A DNA stretch of 63,192 nt, counting the filler, from Nemertoderma westbladi (lineage: Eukaryota > Animalia > Xenacoelomorpha): the NCBI GenBank assembly GCA_032718475.1. It is 3 parts of 3 records of this genome, joined end to end, with 100 filler letters (N's around TTAATTAATTAA, not from the genome) between each part and the next. Parts side by side here need not be neighbours in the genome. Positions count along the whole stretch, not along the records: positions 55,419 to 63,192 come from JAUCBJ010003240.1; 2 more parts are not named here. One strand, written 5' to 3'. The notes below the pieces were generated by a model. That model searched no databases. It was not told the origin of the DNA and worked only from the letters and a program-made list of their open reading frames with translations. Shown in pieces: positions 60,750 through 63,192 of the stretch (position 1 is its first letter; the number at the start of each line of letters is the position of its first letter). Both the position numbers and the translations under genes were made by a program.

Positions 60750-62108
60750 ATGCCTAAGAAACCGAGTCTAAATCTCCGAGTGAGCTCGGAGGGTCACCAG
60801 GGCGACCGCCGTTACATGGAGGACATGACGCAGGTAATATTCGAACGCGACCGCAGCGTGGAGTTGGCCTTCTTCGCGGTGTTCGATGGACACGGAGGGC
60901 GGGACGCCGCTGCGTTCGCCCGTGAAAACCTCTGGAAGAACATAAAGAAACAACCGGGATTCGATAGCGCGAACGAGGAGCGAGTGGTGTCGGCCATCCG
61001 GCAGGGATTCCTGGACACTCACGAAGCGATGTGGCGGTACCTTCCGACGTGGCCCAAAACCGCTTCCGGGCTGCCGAGCACCGCCGGAACTACCGTCGGC
61101 TGCGTAATCATAAAAGCTCGGAAAATGTTTGTCGCTCACGTAGGCGATTCCGGTATCCTAATGGGAGAAGCAACTAGCGAGGCCCCCTATATAAAATCGG
61201 TTGAACTCACACAGGATCACAAACCAGAGACTCCGGCGGAATTGATTCGGATTCAACTCGCGGGTGGGAAAGTTTTAGAGAAATCGGGAGTCCAACGGGT
61301 CGTGTGGCGACGCCCGGAGCGGGAGCACCGCGGGGCGGTACGTCGGAGCACAGCGCTCGCGGAAGTCCCGTTCCTCGCCGTAGCGAGAAGTCTTGGCGAT
61401 CTGTGGAGTTACGACTTCATCCGCGAAGAGTACGTTGTCTCCCCGGTCCCGGATATATCCGTTGTTAACATCGAGCCGGGACGTCATCGCTTCCTCGTGC
61501 TCGCTTCCGACGGGCTGTGGAACGTGTTGCGTCCGCAGCCGACGGTCGAGTTTATTTACTCGCGGGATATAAAGAACCGTAAGGAGGGAGGGCCCAGTTG
61601 GACGGGCCACATCGCTCACAAACTCATCGCCGCGGTGTTGAAGACTTGTCGGGATCATTCGATCCGCGCCGATAACACCACGGTAATCGTTGTGTTCCTC
61701 GACCCTCCGGACGATATTCATCCGCATTGCGACGCCGTCGTCGATGTCTCCCCGCCCCCGGTCGTCGGTAATCGAATCGCCCCGGTACCCCTCGACTCCG
61801 TCGCTAAGGACCCCTCGAGCAGCAAAGAGAATAAATCGTCGGAGAGTCGGGAAGCGGCGACCCCGGTCGACGGATCCCCGGTGACTCGCGCTAAACTCCG
61901 GGTCCTCCGATCGACTCCGGCGCAGAACCTCCGGAAACGCGGCGGTAAACCGGTTCGGTTGGCCGCGAAGCGACCCCGTGTCGTCGCGACGACTCGCGCC
62001 CCGCGCGGCGGCGGACGCCACACGGTGGCGAGCCGCGGTGTGGCGCGGAAACGGGACGCGCCGATAAACATTGCGGCGAATATCGGGGGCGAGTTGGTGA
62101 TTCAGTGA
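60750..62108 (+). CDS. PPM1D: Protein phosphatase 1D (Wip1), PP2C family, single exon
   Basis: QGDRRYMED, FFAVFDGHGG, WPKTASGLPSTAGTT, AHVGDS, DHKP, basic B-loop, PFLAVARSLGDLWSYD, LASDGLW, ADNTT. Confidence 0.95.
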   Translation: MPKKPSLNLRVSSEGHQGDRRYMEDMTQVIFERDRSVELAFFAVFDGHGGRDAAAFARENLWKNIKKQPGFDSANEERVVSAIRQGFLDTHEAMWRYLPTWPKTASGLPSTAGTTVGCVIIKARKMFVAHVGDSGILMGEATSEAPYIKSVELTQDHKPETPAELIRIQLAGGKVLEKSGVQRVVWRRPEREHRGAVRRSTALAEVPFLAVARSLGDLWSYDFIREEYVVSPVPDISVVNIEPGRHRFLVLASDGLWNVLRPQPTVEFIYSRDIKNRKEGGPSWTGHIAHKLIAAVLKTCRDHSIRADNTTVIVVFLDPPDDIHPHCDAVVDVSPPPVVGNRIAPVPLDSVAKDPSSSKENKSSESREAATPVDGSPVTRAKLRVLRSTPAQNLRKRGGKPVRLAAKRPRVVATTRAPRGGGRHTVASRGVARKRDAPINIAANIGGELVIQ

Positions 62109-63192
62109 GACGATCTATTTAGCGGAGGAAAGATTTTTTTATAATTAATACAACCGTCTCATTTATCCCAAGGTTGTATCTCATTCTGCGGCTATTATAA
62201 TAAAGGCCGAGCGAAGTAAATCAATTCTGAACGAATATTTTAAATATTTATTTACTTTTTAATGTTGAATTTAACGTTTCTAATATTATTCCTCTAGGAA
62301 ACAAAAAAAAACAATATAACAATAAGTTGCGCGAGTAGATTTATTGGTATTTTAGTTGTGGGTTTAGTCGTATAGACGGATATATTTCGGCTTCTAGGTT
62401 GTAGTTATTCATTTCTCCGGTTCTTCTAATTGACCAAAACGAAGAATTACAGATAATAGGTCAACTTCTTGTTGCCGTTAAATATAAAATAAAACTAAAA
62501 ACAACGAATTATTCGCTGGATTTGCTTTCCGCTTGTTCTCTTTTGCACCCTAACGTATCCCGTTTCTATGTATATAATGTACCATATTGTATATCGCGAG
62601 ACAAACAACTAAACGTTTATTGTCCGATTTCAAAAGATCGATGATCGATGTTCGCTTTATAATCGTGTGTTTTATGTTGTCGGTTCGTTTAATATAATCA
62701 TTTGCAGTTATTTTATTGTGACCATTTCGTTAATTAATTCATTAATTTTTAAGATAAACTATGTTTAAATTTATTGCAAGTTCTTATCTATAGACAAATT
62801 AATTACTTACATAAATTTTGTAGAATTTATTTTCCTGTTCTTATGAATTATTTTATGCTCGTTATTATTATGTATGTATATTTACTTTACTAGCATTCTG
62901 CAATATTAGTCGATACATTTTCTATGGTGTTTGAATGTTTGTTGTCGACGACACTTACGGTGTAAATAGCTAAGTATATATTTTCACTGCAAAAAAAAAG
63001 CGATATAATTTCATTTCAAATATGTAACACAAACGATGAAACATTATTTTAATTGAAGCGGGTTGGTTAGATAGATAGTGAAGTAAATCAAGTTCCTTAA
63101 GAAAGAGAGTGGGGGGTGGGGGGGGGGGGTGGGGGGGGGGGGGGGGGGGGGGGGGGGTTATCGAGTAATCGCCCCAGTTACCTCTGCACTGC

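Noticed and set aside
63110-63157. G-quadruplex or telomere at poly-G (also poly-C 44607-44634)
   Set aside because: Simple homopolymer of unreliable length with no repeat unit

Overview
AT-rich animal (invertebrate-type) genomic DNA in three contigs joined by two artificial N/TTAATTAATTAA linkers (26590-26689, 55319-55418). Host genes: an intronless FAAH-like amidase, a TPM/MOLO-1-like membrane protein, the first three exons of a MEGF8-like gene and an intronless PPM1D/Wip1 phosphatase. The rest is mostly mobile DNA: MITEs with TSDs, a CR1/L2-group LINE, an RTE remnant, several satellites, a 2.8 kb duplication and five LTR copies of one BEL/Pao-associated family. Three features of that family stand out. 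(1) The element at 35055-43208 has gag and protease but has lost almost all of RT, RNase H and integrase, and carries a DEDDy (WRN/RNase D-like) 3'-5' exonuclease ORF plus a triple-CCHC ORF before its 3' LTR. (2) The 5' LTR at 5489-6722 has no tRNA PBS; the 12 nt abutting it are exactly complementary to a conserved LTR-internal 12-mer and the leader pairs with U5, suggesting Tf1-like self-priming. (3) All five LTRs keep a U5 RNA structure with visible compensatory substitutions. All calls are by eye; no database searches were run.
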